A stretch of 64,000 nucleotides of DNA from the IMG/VR virus record IMGVR_UViG_3300021431_000081, positions 1 to 64,000 of that record. One strand, written 5' to 3'. The notes beneath the pieces were generated by a model. The model was not told where the DNA came from, searched no databases, and saw only the letters and a list, made by a program, of their open reading frames with translations. This document shows positions 1-9,733 of the stretch, one piece after another; positions within the stretch are counted from its first letter, which is position 1; each line of letters opens with the position of its first letter. Origin of the DNA: a virus. Taxonomy: Duplodnaviria > Caudoviricetes. The position numbers and the translations under genes were made by a program.

Positions 1-432
1 AAAAAACCAAAAAAATCGACAGCTAAAACAAAAACTGAATTGAAAGATGGCATGTCTGAAGAAGAGTATGCTAAGAAAAAGCAGTTTTTTGATTATCTTA
101 AAGAAATAGCAGATGAGGAACATTTATCTGTTAAGCAAGTAGCCGTTGCAGAAAAATATATAGAGCGTTATAATTTTACTTATGAAGGAATGTATCAAAC
201 ATTAGTTTATATGAATGAAATAATTCATAAAGATTTAACTGGAGATGTTGTTGGTATCATTCCTTATTATTATTCCGAAGCAATGCATTTTCAAGAAGAG
301 TTAGATGATTTAGAAAAGGTTGGAAAAGATTTTTCTTTTAGAGGAAAATATAAAACAAAAATTGTAAAGACTAATACAATGCATCGTAGAAAAAACTATC
401 AGCCAATGGATGTGCTGAGTATAGGAGAGTAA
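1..432 (+). CDS. 5'-truncated replication-module protein, resembles SPbeta YorH-like proteins found before the helicase
   Basis: Frame is open from base 1 (KKPKKSTAKTKTELKDG...). The GDVVGIIPYYYSEA motif recalls YorH-like proteins (from memory). Confidence 0.5.
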   Translation, partial: KKPKKSTAKTKTELKDGMSEEEYAKKKQFFDYLKEIADEEHLSVKQVAVAEKYIERYNFTYEGMYQTLVYMNEIIHKDLTGDVVGIIPYYYSEAMHFQEELDDLEKVGKDFSFRGKYKTKIVKTNTMHRRKNYQPMDVLSIGE

Positions 433-433
433 G

Positions 434-628
434 ATGATAGTACCATATATGGATAGTTTGAATTTTGAGATTTATGTTGGAGATCTGATAGAAGCGTTGA
501 AACCTAAATCAGAAGAAGAGATTGAACATATGGCAGATGAATTACATCAGTCATTGGAAATTGCGATTTCTGATTTTATTGATGATAGCGAGAAATTTGA
601 TTTAGATAATTATCATCCACTGTATTGA
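434..628 (+). CDS. hypothetical acidic protein
   Basis: 64-aa ORF with an AGGAG RBS, tightly packed after the previous gene. Confidence 0.7.
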   Translation: MIVPYMDSLNFEIYVGDLIEALKPKSEEEIEHMADELHQSLEIAISDFIDDSEKFDLDNYHPLY

Positions 629-645
629 CGAAAGGATAAATAACT

Positions 646-1242
646 ATGAATATGAATAATATGTTTAACGGAATGTTTGGCAAAATTGCTCCAGGAATGT
701 GCAGACTTAGTATGAGTGGTAAGATCGCTGTTAAAACCAGTAATGGTTATAAGAGTTATGATATGAAGACAGGCAGACTTACTAATCAGGATAGCTTTGT
801 ATTTGATATTGGCGAAGATTTCTTCTTTGTCATCCCTACAAACAATGTAAAGGCAGGGGACATTATTTTGGTAGGTGGATCTCCTAAATGTGTGGTAGAA
901 GCACAGAAAAACAAGATCACTGTCATTGATTATGAAGAGGGATCTATTAAAGATATCCTACCCGAACGTCATGTGTTTATGGGTAATACATACTTCTACG
1001 GCAAAATCGTTTCTCTGTTTGGCGATAATTTCACTAAGTCGAAGAATGGTATGAACAACATCATGAAGTATATGATGATGTCCCAGATGATGAATGGCAA
1101 TGGCGGTATGAGTAATATGAGTCAGATGCTTCCATTTATGATGATGGGTGGCGGGAATTTCTCTGAGATGTTTGATGATATGTTTGATTTTGATGGTCTG
1201 AGCATGGATGCAGAAGATTCTGAGGAGGTGGAAGACGAATGA
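646..1242 (+). CDS. Met-rich hypothetical protein
   Basis: 198 aa with Met/Asn/Gly-rich termini (MNMNNMFNGMFG; MKYMMMSQMMNGNGGMSNMSQMLPFMMMGGG) and an AAGGA RBS. Confidence 0.8.
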   Translation: MNMNNMFNGMFGKIAPGMCRLSMSGKIAVKTSNGYKSYDMKTGRLTNQDSFVFDIGEDFFFVIPTNNVKAGDIILVGGSPKCVVEAQKNKITVIDYEEGSIKDILPERHVFMGNTYFYGKIVSLFGDNFTKSKNGMNNIMKYMMMSQMMNGNGGMSNMSQMLPFMMMGGGNFSEMFDDMFDFDGLSMDAEDSEEVEDE

Positions 1243-1418
1243 GACTTTTTGGATTTGGAGATAAGGTGAAAGAACAGCTTACTGGATATGTAGGAAAGGT
1301 AACTGGTATTGCAGAGTATTGCACAGGTACAATACAGTATCTGGTAGAGGGTATGGATAATACAGGAAGACCAACGGAATTTTGGTACGATGAAAGAAGA
1401 TTGGAGAGTGCTGAATAA
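1239..1418 (+). CDS. small SH3/KOW-like beta-barrel protein (not in ORF track)
   Basis: Translated by hand as MRLFGFGDKVKEQLTGYVGKVTGIAEYCTGTIQYLVEGMDNTGRPTEFWYDERRLESAE*. It has a GGAGGTG RBS, an ATGA overlap upstream and a TAATG overlap downstream. Confidence 0.75.
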   Translation: MRLFGFGDKVKEQLTGYVGKVTGIAEYCTGTIQYLVEGMDNTGRPTEFWYDERRLESAE

Positions 1419-2299
1419 TGGGTGGAGGATCTTGGACAAGAAGTAGTTTTGTAAATTATACAGCATCTACTAAGGCGGGAGCAACAGTAGATAGTCTTGG
1501 TAGTGTTGTTGGTGTCAGTTCTACGCAGGATATTTATAAACAGCATACTATTAATAAGATGCTTGTACCATACAAAGTGATGCGTGAGTGTCTGGATAGT
1601 GACGAACATCCTGAAACAAAGCCAGTACTGCTTGCACTTGATGTTACTGGTAGTATGGGAGATGCAGCAACTGAGGCTTCCAAACAGTTGAATATAATTA
1701 TGGAAGATCTGTATAAGACACTGAAGGATGTAGAATTTTGTGTCATGGGTATTGGAGATCTGGTCTGTGACCGTTATCCAATTCAGATCAGCCAGTTTGA
1801 ATCAGACATCCGTATTGCTGATCAGATGGAGAAGATTTACTTTGAATTCGGTGGCGGTGGCAATATGTATGAGTCATACACTGCTGCCTGGTATATGGGT
1901 GTGAGACATACGAAACTGGATTGTTGGAAGCGAGGACAGAAAGGTATTCTGATCACTATTGGTGATGAATTTCTGAATCCTTATCTTCCCATGGAGAAAC
2001 TGAATGCAGATACTGGTGATACGGTACAGGAGGATGTAGATACTAAAGGGTTATATGCAGAGGTATCTGAGAAATATGATGTTTATCATATTCATGTAAA
2101 TCATTTGAAGGATTATTCTTCCAGATATAGCTATACAAATGTTAAATCCACTTTTGCTAAAGTGATTGGAGATCAGAATATTATGTGTTGTGAAGATGTA
2201 AAAGATCTTCCTAAAATGATTACGGATCTGATTATCAGCCATTATACTGGGAGCGGTAATAATGGAGTTAAAGTAACTGACGAAGGTATCAGTTGGTAG
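1418..2299 (+). CDS. vWA (von Willebrand A) domain protein
   Basis: MIDAS-like LALDVTGSM, plus GIGD, GGGGNxxESY and ITIGDE motifs. Confidence 0.85.
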   Translation: MGGGSWTRSSFVNYTASTKAGATVDSLGSVVGVSSTQDIYKQHTINKMLVPYKVMRECLDSDEHPETKPVLLALDVTGSMGDAATEASKQLNIIMEDLYKTLKDVEFCVMGIGDLVCDRYPIQISQFESDIRIADQMEKIYFEFGGGGNMYESYTAAWYMGVRHTKLDCWKRGQKGILITIGDEFLNPYLPMEKLNADTGDTVQEDVDTKGLYAEVSEKYDVYHIHVNHLKDYSSRYSYTNVKSTFAKVIGDQNIMCCEDVKDLPKMITDLIISHYTGSGNNGVKVTDEGISW

Positions 2300-2317
2300 A
2301 ATAGGAGAAGAGACAGT

Positions 2318-3451
2318 ATGAGCATTGAAGCGAAGGTTATAATTGGTAGTTCGGCAGGTGATGAAGGAAAAGGATTGGCGGTAGATTATTATGCCCATCA
2401 GGCTAATCTAAAAGGGCATAAGACGCTTGTTGTACTTAACAATGGTGGTCCGCAGCATGCTCATACTGTTTCTTTAACGGATGGAACTAAACATATTTTT
2501 CGTCATGTAGGTTCTGGTACTTTTGCAGGAGCGGATACATATTTATCAGCATGGTTTTTAGTTAATCCTATTTTCTTTGCAGAAGAACATAAGAAATTAA
2601 AAGCTATGGGATATAATCCTGTTATCTATGTAGATGAAAGATGCAGAATTACCACTCCATATGAAATGATCTTGAATCAAATAGTGGAGCAATCCAGAGG
2701 TAAAAATCGTCATGGTAGTTGCGGTATGGGCATCTGGGAAACGGTAAAGTTGTACGACAGATATGTAATGAGAGCATGGGAAGATTATGCTTATCTTACA
2801 TCCAGAAAGAGTCTGATTGAAGAGCGTAAAGATCTGTTTCGTAGAAATTTTAGTCAGTATTTGAACGCTAATGAGATTACAGATGAAGTATGGAGTGAAT
2901 GGCAGCTACTTGTACAGGATGAAAAGCTGTATCAACGTTACTTAGAAGATCTGGATTACATGTATAAGAATACTATTGTATGTGATTCAGAAATCATAAA
3001 TCATTATGATGAAGTGATATTTGAAAATGGTCAGGGATTATTACTTAATGATGATCCTAACAATGTACATACCACTCCCAGTAATACAGGATTGGATAAT
3101 ATTCGTGTATTGGAACAGTTACATGATTTCTATGCAGAACCAGTATATGTTACCAGAACCTACTTAACCAGACATGGTGCTGATCCCGCTTTTATTGAAA
3201 ATAAGAGTTTGAGATTTAGCGATGAAACAAATATTCCCAATCCTTTTCAGGGTGCAATTCGTTACGGGAATCTGGATATGGGATTGATTCGAAGAATTGA
3301 GAAAGATTCTTATGACAGAGATTATGGCATTCTGGTAACTCATACCAATGAGATGATCTTACCTGAATATATAAAAGACAGTATACATAGTAATGTTTTG
3401 TATTCGTGTGGAAAAGAGCGGGAATCAGTAGGTGATAAAGATGTCTTATGA
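2318..3451 (+). CDS. divergent adenylosuccinate synthetase (PurA)-like protein
   Basis: Motifs GDEGKG, GGPQHAHT, HGSCGMGI, FENGQGLLL, TTPSNTG, YLTRHG and IRYGNLD occur in PurA order. Confidence 0.85.
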   Translation: MSIEAKVIIGSSAGDEGKGLAVDYYAHQANLKGHKTLVVLNNGGPQHAHTVSLTDGTKHIFRHVGSGTFAGADTYLSAWFLVNPIFFAEEHKKLKAMGYNPVIYVDERCRITTPYEMILNQIVEQSRGKNRHGSCGMGIWETVKLYDRYVMRAWEDYAYLTSRKSLIEERKDLFRRNFSQYLNANEITDEVWSEWQLLVQDEKLYQRYLEDLDYMYKNTIVCDSEIINHYDEVIFENGQGLLLNDDPNNVHTTPSNTGLDNIRVLEQLHDFYAEPVYVTRTYLTRHGADPAFIENKSLRFSDETNIPNPFQGAIRYGNLDMGLIRRIEKDSYDRDYGILVTHTNEMILPEYIKDSIHSNVLYSCGKERESVGDKDVL

Positions 3452-5126
3452 AAAACTCGTAGATAAACGAGCATATCTAAATGTAATAGGGTGCTTATTA
3501 CAAGAGCCAACCCTGATTGATGATATGGATCGCCCCTTGGATAGGTCTGATTTTAAAACAGAGGATTTCTATGAGTTACTTTTTGTAGCTATCTATAATC
3601 TGTATATCCAAGGGTGTGAAAAGATTGATGAATTTGCAATTGATTCATATCTTTCTAACTATCAAAAGCAGTATAAAATCTTTCAAGATAATCATGGTCT
3701 GGACTATTTGGTTAATGCGAGGGAGATTGCCAGTCTTGAAAACTATGATTATTTTTACCATAGAATGCGTAAGTTCTCTTTGCTTCGTTATTATGAAAAT
3801 AGAGGACTAGATGTTCGTAGATTAGTATATAACTATGATTTGATAGAAGAAAAAGCCGTTGAAGAAGAAAATCAAAAATTTGATAAGTATACTGAAAAAG
3901 ATATCGTAGATATTGTAGACTCAGAATTGGTAATTCAGCCAAAGATGGAGTATTGTTCTGAATTACTTACTTATAGTATTCAGGCAGGAAAAGGTATGCT
4001 TGAATTGGTAGATAAGCTATTAGAGACTCCTGATTTTGGATGGTCTTTTGCAAGTGTAGGATTCAATTCAGTATGCCGTGGTGCTAGGCGGGGAAAGTTC
4101 TATTTACGGTCAGCTGCGACCGGGACCGGGAAGTCAAGGTTCTTTCTTATGGACGCCTGTAACTTTGCAGTACCGTATAGATATGATGATAAGAAGAAAG
4201 AATTTGTTTATACAGGACATAATACTCCAACATTATATATAGGTACTGAAGGGTCTCTTCAAGAATTTCAGACAATTGTATTAGCTGCAGTATCTGGTGT
4301 AGATGAAGAGCATATACTAAGTGGCGATTATTGTAAAGGCGAGATAGAAAGAGTAAAACAAGCGGTCCAATATATTGCAGAGAGTCCTTTATATCTTGTT
4401 TATTGTGATGATTATTCCATTACAGATATCGAAAATATTGCCAAAAGGTATGTACTTACATATCATGTAGACATTTTTATTTTTGATTATCTTCAGTCTA
4501 GTCTTAAATTAATGTCTGAGATTGCAGGAAAAACATCCGTAAGAATGCAGGAATGGCAGTTACTTCTTATTTTTAGTACGAGAATGAAAGCATTAGCAGA
4601 ACGCTTAGATATTTTTATCTTATCAGGTACACAGTTATCTGCTGAAGCAACAGATGCTAGATACAAAGATCATACATTATTACAGGGTTCTAAAGCCATT
4701 GCAAATAAAATTGATATTGGTGTTATTATATCGATTCCTAATGCAGTGGAGAAGAAGAAAATTGAAGCAATCACAAGATATAAGATAGGTATTCCTGAAA
4801 TTAATCTTTTACAATGGTGTTATAAAGTACGTCAGGGTAAATTATCTAGAATTATTATTTGTAGCAATATGGATAAAGGTACTATGCGAATCAAAGATTG
4901 TTTTGCTGTTGATTTTGATTTCAAATATGTAGAAATTGATTTTTCTAATACAGATACAGAGGAAGTTGAAAAAATTATAAAAGAAAATTCTGTAAGTATC
5001 AATTCTATTAAAGAAGATCTGATACAAAAAGAAGCGGCCCAGACAGAAGAAATAATAGACATGGAAGATACTCTGGAAGATTCTATAGTAGAAAAAACAA
5101 TAATCAATGAAAAACTAATTTTTTAG
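3441..5126 (+). CDS. dnaB: replicative DnaB-like DNA helicase
   Basis: Walker A AATGTGKS, catalytic TE, FIFDYLQ, GTQLS and GSKAIANKID motifs. Start reassigned to ATG 3441 after the AGGTGA RBS. Confidence 0.9.
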   Translation: MSYEKLVDKRAYLNVIGCLLQEPTLIDDMDRPLDRSDFKTEDFYELLFVAIYNLYIQGCEKIDEFAIDSYLSNYQKQYKIFQDNHGLDYLVNAREIASLENYDYFYHRMRKFSLLRYYENRGLDVRRLVYNYDLIEEKAVEEENQKFDKYTEKDIVDIVDSELVIQPKMEYCSELLTYSIQAGKGMLELVDKLLETPDFGWSFASVGFNSVCRGARRGKFYLRSAATGTGKSRFFLMDACNFAVPYRYDDKKKEFVYTGHNTPTLYIGTEGSLQEFQTIVLAAVSGVDEEHILSGDYCKGEIERVKQAVQYIAESPLYLVYCDDYSITDIENIAKRYVLTYHVDIFIFDYLQSSLKLMSEIAGKTSVRMQEWQLLLIFSTRMKALAERLDIFILSGTQLSAEATDARYKDHTLLQGSKAIANKIDIGVIISIPNAVEKKKIEAITRYKIGIPEINLLQWCYKVRQGKLSRIIICSNMDKGTMRIKDCFAVDFDFKYVEIDFSNTDTEEVEKIIKENSVSINSIKEDLIQKEAAQTEEIIDMEDTLEDSIVEKTIINEKLIF

Positions 5127-5141
5127 GAAGGTGTATGAGAT

Positions 5142-6302
5142 ATGCAATATTTAGATAAGAATTATATATTGAGTACACTGACCGAAGATGATGTAATTAA
5201 AATTTGTAAAGAGTTAGGTAGTGTAAATTATAAGAAAGACAGTCAGGGTAATTTATGTTTTAGTACAAGTATTTGTCATGGAGGAGATTCACCATATAAG
5301 CTTATTTATTATGCTCATCCAAAAGAAGAATATGGTAATCGAAAATATGGTTGCTTTCACTGTTACACTTGTGGGGATACTTATGACATCGTTGAACTTG
5401 TAATTCGTGCCATGCGTCAACAGAGAAAAACATATACATGGTATAAAGCTTTAAGGTGGATAGCACAAATCACAGGAAAAATTGACGCAGCTTCAATTAC
5501 TGAGCATGAAAAAATCCATGTGGAAGATTTTTCATGGATTGATCGTCTAAAAAATGCACAGAAGAAAAAACGTAGTATACCTACTTTACCAGAAATAAAT
5601 GATCATGTGTTGGAAATTTTTTATTATGCTCCTCATGAAGAATGGTTAAATGATCATATTACTCGTGAAGCTTTGGGTAGATTCGGAATAGGATACTATG
5701 GTTTAACAAATCAAATCACTATTCCACATTATGATATAAACGAACGTCTGATAGGTGTCAGAGGGAGATACTTGGATGACGATGATATACAGTATATTGG
5801 AAAGTATGCTCCATTATATATTGGGAATAAATTTTTAAATCATCAATTAGGTAGTAATTTATACGGTATTCATGTTGCAAAAGATGCTATTTTACGAAAA
5901 AAGAAAATCATGCTTGTAGAAGCTGAGAAATCAGTACTGCAGAGTTACAGTTATTTTGGTGATGATAGTTTTACTGTAGCTACTTGTGGATCGAGTATAA
6001 CAACTACGCAGATTAAAATTATACTGGAAGTATTAAAAGTAAATGAAGTATTATATGCTCCAGACCGTGATTATCATGATGCTCATAGTTATGAAGCAGA
6101 AGTATGGTGGCAGCGTCAGATCAAAAAGCTTGCACCATTAATTCCTTATGTAAAGGTATGCATGGTGGCTGATGGTAAAGATCGGTTGGGATATAAAGAT
6201 AGTCCTACAGATTGTGGCAAAGAAATTTTATTAGAATTATTGGAAGAAAAGATTCCAATTACTATGGAAGATATTAAAAAGGTGGAAGAAACGAATGATT
6301 AA
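5142..6302 (+). CDS. DNA primase (Zn-binding domain + TOPRIM)
   Basis: ICH...FHCYTC zinc finger, ITIPH...GVRGR, LVEAEKS, PDRD and KDSP motifs; lies directly after the helicase. Confidence 0.88.
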   Translation: MQYLDKNYILSTLTEDDVIKICKELGSVNYKKDSQGNLCFSTSICHGGDSPYKLIYYAHPKEEYGNRKYGCFHCYTCGDTYDIVELVIRAMRQQRKTYTWYKALRWIAQITGKIDAASITEHEKIHVEDFSWIDRLKNAQKKKRSIPTLPEINDHVLEIFYYAPHEEWLNDHITREALGRFGIGYYGLTNQITIPHYDINERLIGVRGRYLDDDDIQYIGKYAPLYIGNKFLNHQLGSNLYGIHVAKDAILRKKKIMLVEAEKSVLQSYSYFGDDSFTVATCGSSITTTQIKIILEVLKVNEVLYAPDRDYHDAHSYEAEVWWQRQIKKLAPLIPYVKVCMVADGKDRLGYKDSPTDCGKEILLELLEEKIPITMEDIKKVEETND

Positions 6303-6699
6303 ATTATTTGTACTGATATGTATGATAATGTGTCATATAATTGCAGACTTTCATATGCAGGGTATTCTTGCACAAATGAAACAAAAAGACTGGTGGGATA
6401 AGAATTATCCTTCCAGAAAATATAAAAATGATTATATTACAGCTTTAATGGTACATAGTTTTGAGTGGACTTTTATGATCAGTATACCATTATTTGTATA
6501 TTGGTATATAGCAGCCGATCCAACACTCAGTATTGTAACAAGTGTATATATTATTTATTTTGTAGCTTGGACACTAATACATGCATATGTTGATAATGCA
6601 AAAGCCAATTTGAAAGCGCTTAACCTATATGGAGATCAGCTGATTCATTTATTACAGGTAGTAGTACTTTGGTTTGCATGTTGTTTTATTTGGAGATAA
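6295..6699 (+). CDS. DUF3307-like membrane protein
   Basis: HIIADFHMQ, H...VD and DQLIHL motifs with hydrophobic helices. Confidence 0.7.
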   Translation: MIKLFVLICMIMCHIIADFHMQGILAQMKQKDWWDKNYPSRKYKNDYITALMVHSFEWTFMISIPLFVYWYIAADPTLSIVTSVYIIYFVAWTLIHAYVDNAKANLKALNLYGDQLIHLLQVVVLWFACCFIWR

Positions 6700-6703
6700 A
6701 AAA

Positions 6704-7690
6704 ATGAATGAAGAAATTTTAAAGCCGTATGTACGGCCTGTAACAGATGAAGATCGAAAAAGATTACCTAAGTATTCTTATTCAAAGATCGAAACCTTTT
6801 TACATTGTCCTATGAGTTTTAATTATAAATATGGGCAGGAAATGTATAGTAATGATACATCTATTGCATTGGAGTTGGGTAGTTTATGCCATTATGTTCT
6901 GGAACAAAAAGGTAAGTGTATTATTACCGATAACACGATAAATTATAATGACTTGCAAAATATTTTGGTTCATGGTACAATAAATACTGATGAAAAGACT
7001 AAAGAACATTTACTTGGAATTGAAGAATTAAAAAAGAAATATTGGGAAGTCTGGTATGAGCCAGATTCAGAGGGTAATACATATAACGATAAATTAAATA
7101 TATTCGAAAATGTATTATATTCTGAAATGAACCCAGAAAAGGATTTTGATTGGTGTCCAGTAGCATTAGAACAAAACTTTGAATACGTATGGGATGATAG
7201 AGCAATTATTCATGGCTTTATAGATCGAATTGATATGAGTCGAAACGATCAGAATCTTGTTAAAACAATAGATTATAAAACCAGTAAAAAAGTATATGAT
7301 AATTCTAAGCTAGCCACATCATTACAGTTTGGGTTTTATGCCTGTGCGATCTTAAATACATATGGTATTTTGCCTAGTGAGAATGAATATCATTTTGTGT
7401 TTTTAGATAAAATACAAAAGGCACTTACTAAGGGTTGGGAGAAACGTTTTATTAAGAAAGTAACAAAGACTTTTGATGCAATAGATGAAAATACGAAATC
7501 TGGTATCTGGTCACCTAATCCTTCTCCATTATGCGCATGGTGTAACTTTAGCGTTACTAATCCTAATGCAACAGAATATAAAGATATATGTAATTATTAT
7601 TCTTTATGGACTCCTACTAATAAAACTTTTGAAGTAAATAAAAAGTGGGGAGTTGAAGAAGATAAGCCTGCTAGGAAACTTGTGTTTTAA
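6704..7690 (+). CDS. PD-(D/E)xK exonuclease (RecB/AddB/Cas4-like, probable Fe-S)
   Basis: SYSKIETFLHCP, GSLCH, GFIDRID, IDYKTS and LQ..FY motifs, with C-terminal CAWC...C. Confidence 0.85.
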   Translation: MNEEILKPYVRPVTDEDRKRLPKYSYSKIETFLHCPMSFNYKYGQEMYSNDTSIALELGSLCHYVLEQKGKCIITDNTINYNDLQNILVHGTINTDEKTKEHLLGIEELKKKYWEVWYEPDSEGNTYNDKLNIFENVLYSEMNPEKDFDWCPVALEQNFEYVWDDRAIIHGFIDRIDMSRNDQNLVKTIDYKTSKKVYDNSKLATSLQFGFYACAILNTYGILPSENEYHFVFLDKIQKALTKGWEKRFIKKVTKTFDAIDENTKSGIWSPNPSPLCAWCNFSVTNPNATEYKDICNYYSLWTPTNKTFEVNKKWGVEEDKPARKLVF

Positions 7691-7713
7691 ATAAATTAAA
7701 AAAGGAGCATTAT

Positions 7714-7887
7714 ATGTCTAAGAAACATCCCGGTAAAGATACTGAATTTGCAACATTTAAAAGAATTATGAAAAAGATGGAATATCAATTAAGGGAAGAA
7801 CATGAAGAAGAGCGTAAAAAGAGTCATGATATGAATCCAAGAAATTGGAAAAAGAAAAAGCGTGAGGAGGAAGATGATTATGAATAA
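7714..7887 (+). CDS. small charged hypothetical protein (not in ORF track)
   Basis: MSKKHPGKDTEFATFKRIMKKMEYQLREEHEEERKKSHDMNPRNWKKKKREEEDDYE*, with an AAGGAG RBS. Confidence 0.65.
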   Translation: MSKKHPGKDTEFATFKRIMKKMEYQLREEHEEERKKSHDMNPRNWKKKKREEEDDYE

Positions 7888-8434
7888 GGATGAACGAATT
7901 CAACAGTTTAAAGAATTTATTCTACGAGATCCTGGAGTTGGTAAAAGGATTACTCCTGAAGTGATTCAATGGCTTGATGATCATGGATATTTTACAGCAC
8001 CTGCTAGTACAAAATATCACGGTGCATATGAAGGCGGGCTATTTGAACATTCTATGAATGTAACAAAGGTACTTGTAAGTCTTACGAAGGACTGTCAGTT
8101 GGAATGGGAAAGGTCTTCCAGTCCTTATATTATTGGTCTGTTTCATGATTTGTGTAAGATTGATAATTATGTAAGTGAAGGTTTGTCAGTTGCGCTGATT
8201 TATAAATATAACACAGAAACTCTTCTTAAAGGGCATGGTGATAAATCTGTTATGCTTCTTTCCAATCTTATGCAATTGAACATGGAAGAGATTTTGTGTA
8301 TCAGATATCATATGGGAGCATTCACCGAAAAAGAAGAATGGGCTGACTATACCAGAGCCATTCATACATGTCCAAATGTATTATGGGTACATCAAGCTGA
8401 TATGATCGCTACACATATTTGGGAGGTGGATTGA
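7880..8434 (+). CDS. HD-domain phosphohydrolase (YhaM-like HD)
   Basis: APASTKYHGAYEGGLFEHS, FHDLCK, GHG, RYHMG and HQAD motifs. Confidence 0.85.
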   Translation: MNKDERIQQFKEFILRDPGVGKRITPEVIQWLDDHGYFTAPASTKYHGAYEGGLFEHSMNVTKVLVSLTKDCQLEWERSSSPYIIGLFHDLCKIDNYVSEGLSVALIYKYNTETLLKGHGDKSVMLLSNLMQLNMEEILCIRYHMGAFTEKEEWADYTRAIHTCPNVLWVHQADMIATHIWEVD

Positions 8435-9519
8435 TGTATTGGGATACTGCAGCAACTACTAAAATAAAACCTGAAGTATTGGAAGCCATGATGCCTTATT
8501 TTACGGATAAGTGGTATAATCCCTCCTCTATTTACGAACCTGCCAGAGAGGTTCGTAGAGATGTGGAGAGAGCCAGAGAAATTGTAGCTAAATCTATTAA
8601 TGCTGAACCTGAAGAGATTATATTTACATCTGGTGGCAGTGAGGGGAACTGTTTTTGCTACAATACCTCTGGAAGAATCGTAATGTCTAATATTGAGCAT
8701 ACCTCAATGGATACAAATTACGCAGATGTGCTACTCGCAGCGGATAGACAAGGTCTAATATATGGATCGAGCATTAAGTATTTAAGTATTTCACCACGTT
8801 TTGCCGAACATCCTAATATTATTTCAGTAGCATATGCTAATAATGAGATCGGTACTATTCAGGACATCCAATCTTTAGCAAATGCTGCTCACCTCGGGGG
8901 ATTTTTGTTTCATACAGACGCAGTACAGGCGTATGGGAAAATACCTATTGATGTTAAGGCGTTACATGTAGATTATCTGAGTGCATCTGGACATAAAATC
9001 GGCGCTCCTAAAGGGATCGGTTTTGTTTATAAACGAAAGGATGCCTGTGATCTTACTGCACTAATTACTGGTACTCAGGAACATGGTGTTCGTGGTGGTA
9101 CTGAAAACGTACCTTATATTATGGGATTAGCAAAGGCTGTAGAGTTGATTGATTATTCAGTTCAGGATTATATGAAAGAAATGTACGAGTACTTAATATT
9201 ATCAACTGCTGATATTGCTAAACCGAACGGTTTTCCTGCTCGGCGGTTATATAATATAGCAAGTCTTACCTTTAAGGATGAGATTGACGGCCAGGCATTG
9301 ATTGGAATGTTGAATGATAAAGGGCAGTATGTATCTGCAGGATCTGCTTGTCACGCACATTCCAAAGAACCAAGTCATGTACTTAAAGCTATTGGGTTAA
9401 GCGATGAAGAAGCCAATAGGACGATCAGAATTAGTTTTCTGGATGATGTGACTAAAAAAGATATTGATGAATTGGTAAGAGATATTAGAGAATGCCTTAT
9501 GGTGTTGAAAGGAGTTTAA
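8434..9519 (+). CDS. iscS: cysteine desulfurase (IscS/NifS family, PLP-dependent)
   Basis: YWDTAATT, NPSS, FTSGGSE, NNEIG, HTDAVQA, SGHKIG (PLP lysine) and SAGSAC (catalytic cysteine). Confidence 0.92.
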   Translation: MYWDTAATTKIKPEVLEAMMPYFTDKWYNPSSIYEPAREVRRDVERAREIVAKSINAEPEEIIFTSGGSEGNCFCYNTSGRIVMSNIEHTSMDTNYADVLLAADRQGLIYGSSIKYLSISPRFAEHPNIISVAYANNEIGTIQDIQSLANAAHLGGFLFHTDAVQAYGKIPIDVKALHVDYLSASGHKIGAPKGIGFVYKRKDACDLTALITGTQEHGVRGGTENVPYIMGLAKAVELIDYSVQDYMKEMYEYLILSTADIAKPNGFPARRLYNIASLTFKDEIDGQALIGMLNDKGQYVSAGSACHAHSKEPSHVLKAIGLSDEEANRTIRISFLDDVTKKDIDELVRDIRECLMVLKGV

Positions 9520-9520
9520 G

Positions 9521-9733
9521 ATGAGAAATCCTGATAGATTAGATAATTTTTATGATGAGATGAAAGCGTTGCATAAGAAGCATTTTTCTGACTGGCGCTT
9601 CGGGCAGCTCATGAGTAATTTCTTTGGTTGGGTATGTGAGACTTATAAAATGGATATTTTCTTCCCCGAAGAGGACAAGATGTTAGATTGGTTTTATGAA
9701 TTTTGTGGAGAAAAGAGGAACAAATATGAATGA
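9521..9733 (+). CDS. conserved phage hypothetical protein
   Basis: MRNPDRL...DWRFGQL motif typical of a small phage family; AAGGAG RBS. Confidence 0.7.
   Translation: MRNPDRLDNFYDEMKALHKKHFSDWRFGQLMSNFFGWVCETYKMDIFFPEEDKMLDWFYEFCGEKRNKYE

Noticed and set aside
2318-3451. PurZ / 2-aminoadenine (Z-genome) pathway with the HD protein as DatZ
   Set aside because: The enzyme has the PurA-type Asp in GDEGKG rather than the Ser typical of PurZ. The HD protein looks YhaM-like, and no MazZ-like gene is recognised.
6704-7690. Cas4 / CRISPR system
   Set aside because: There are no other cas genes and no repeat-spacer array; stand-alone PD-(D/E)xK nucleases are common in phage replication modules.
8434-9519. 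DndA of a DNA phosphorothioation system
   Set aside because: No DndC/PAPS-reductase-like, DndD or Ssp genes are recognised in the window.
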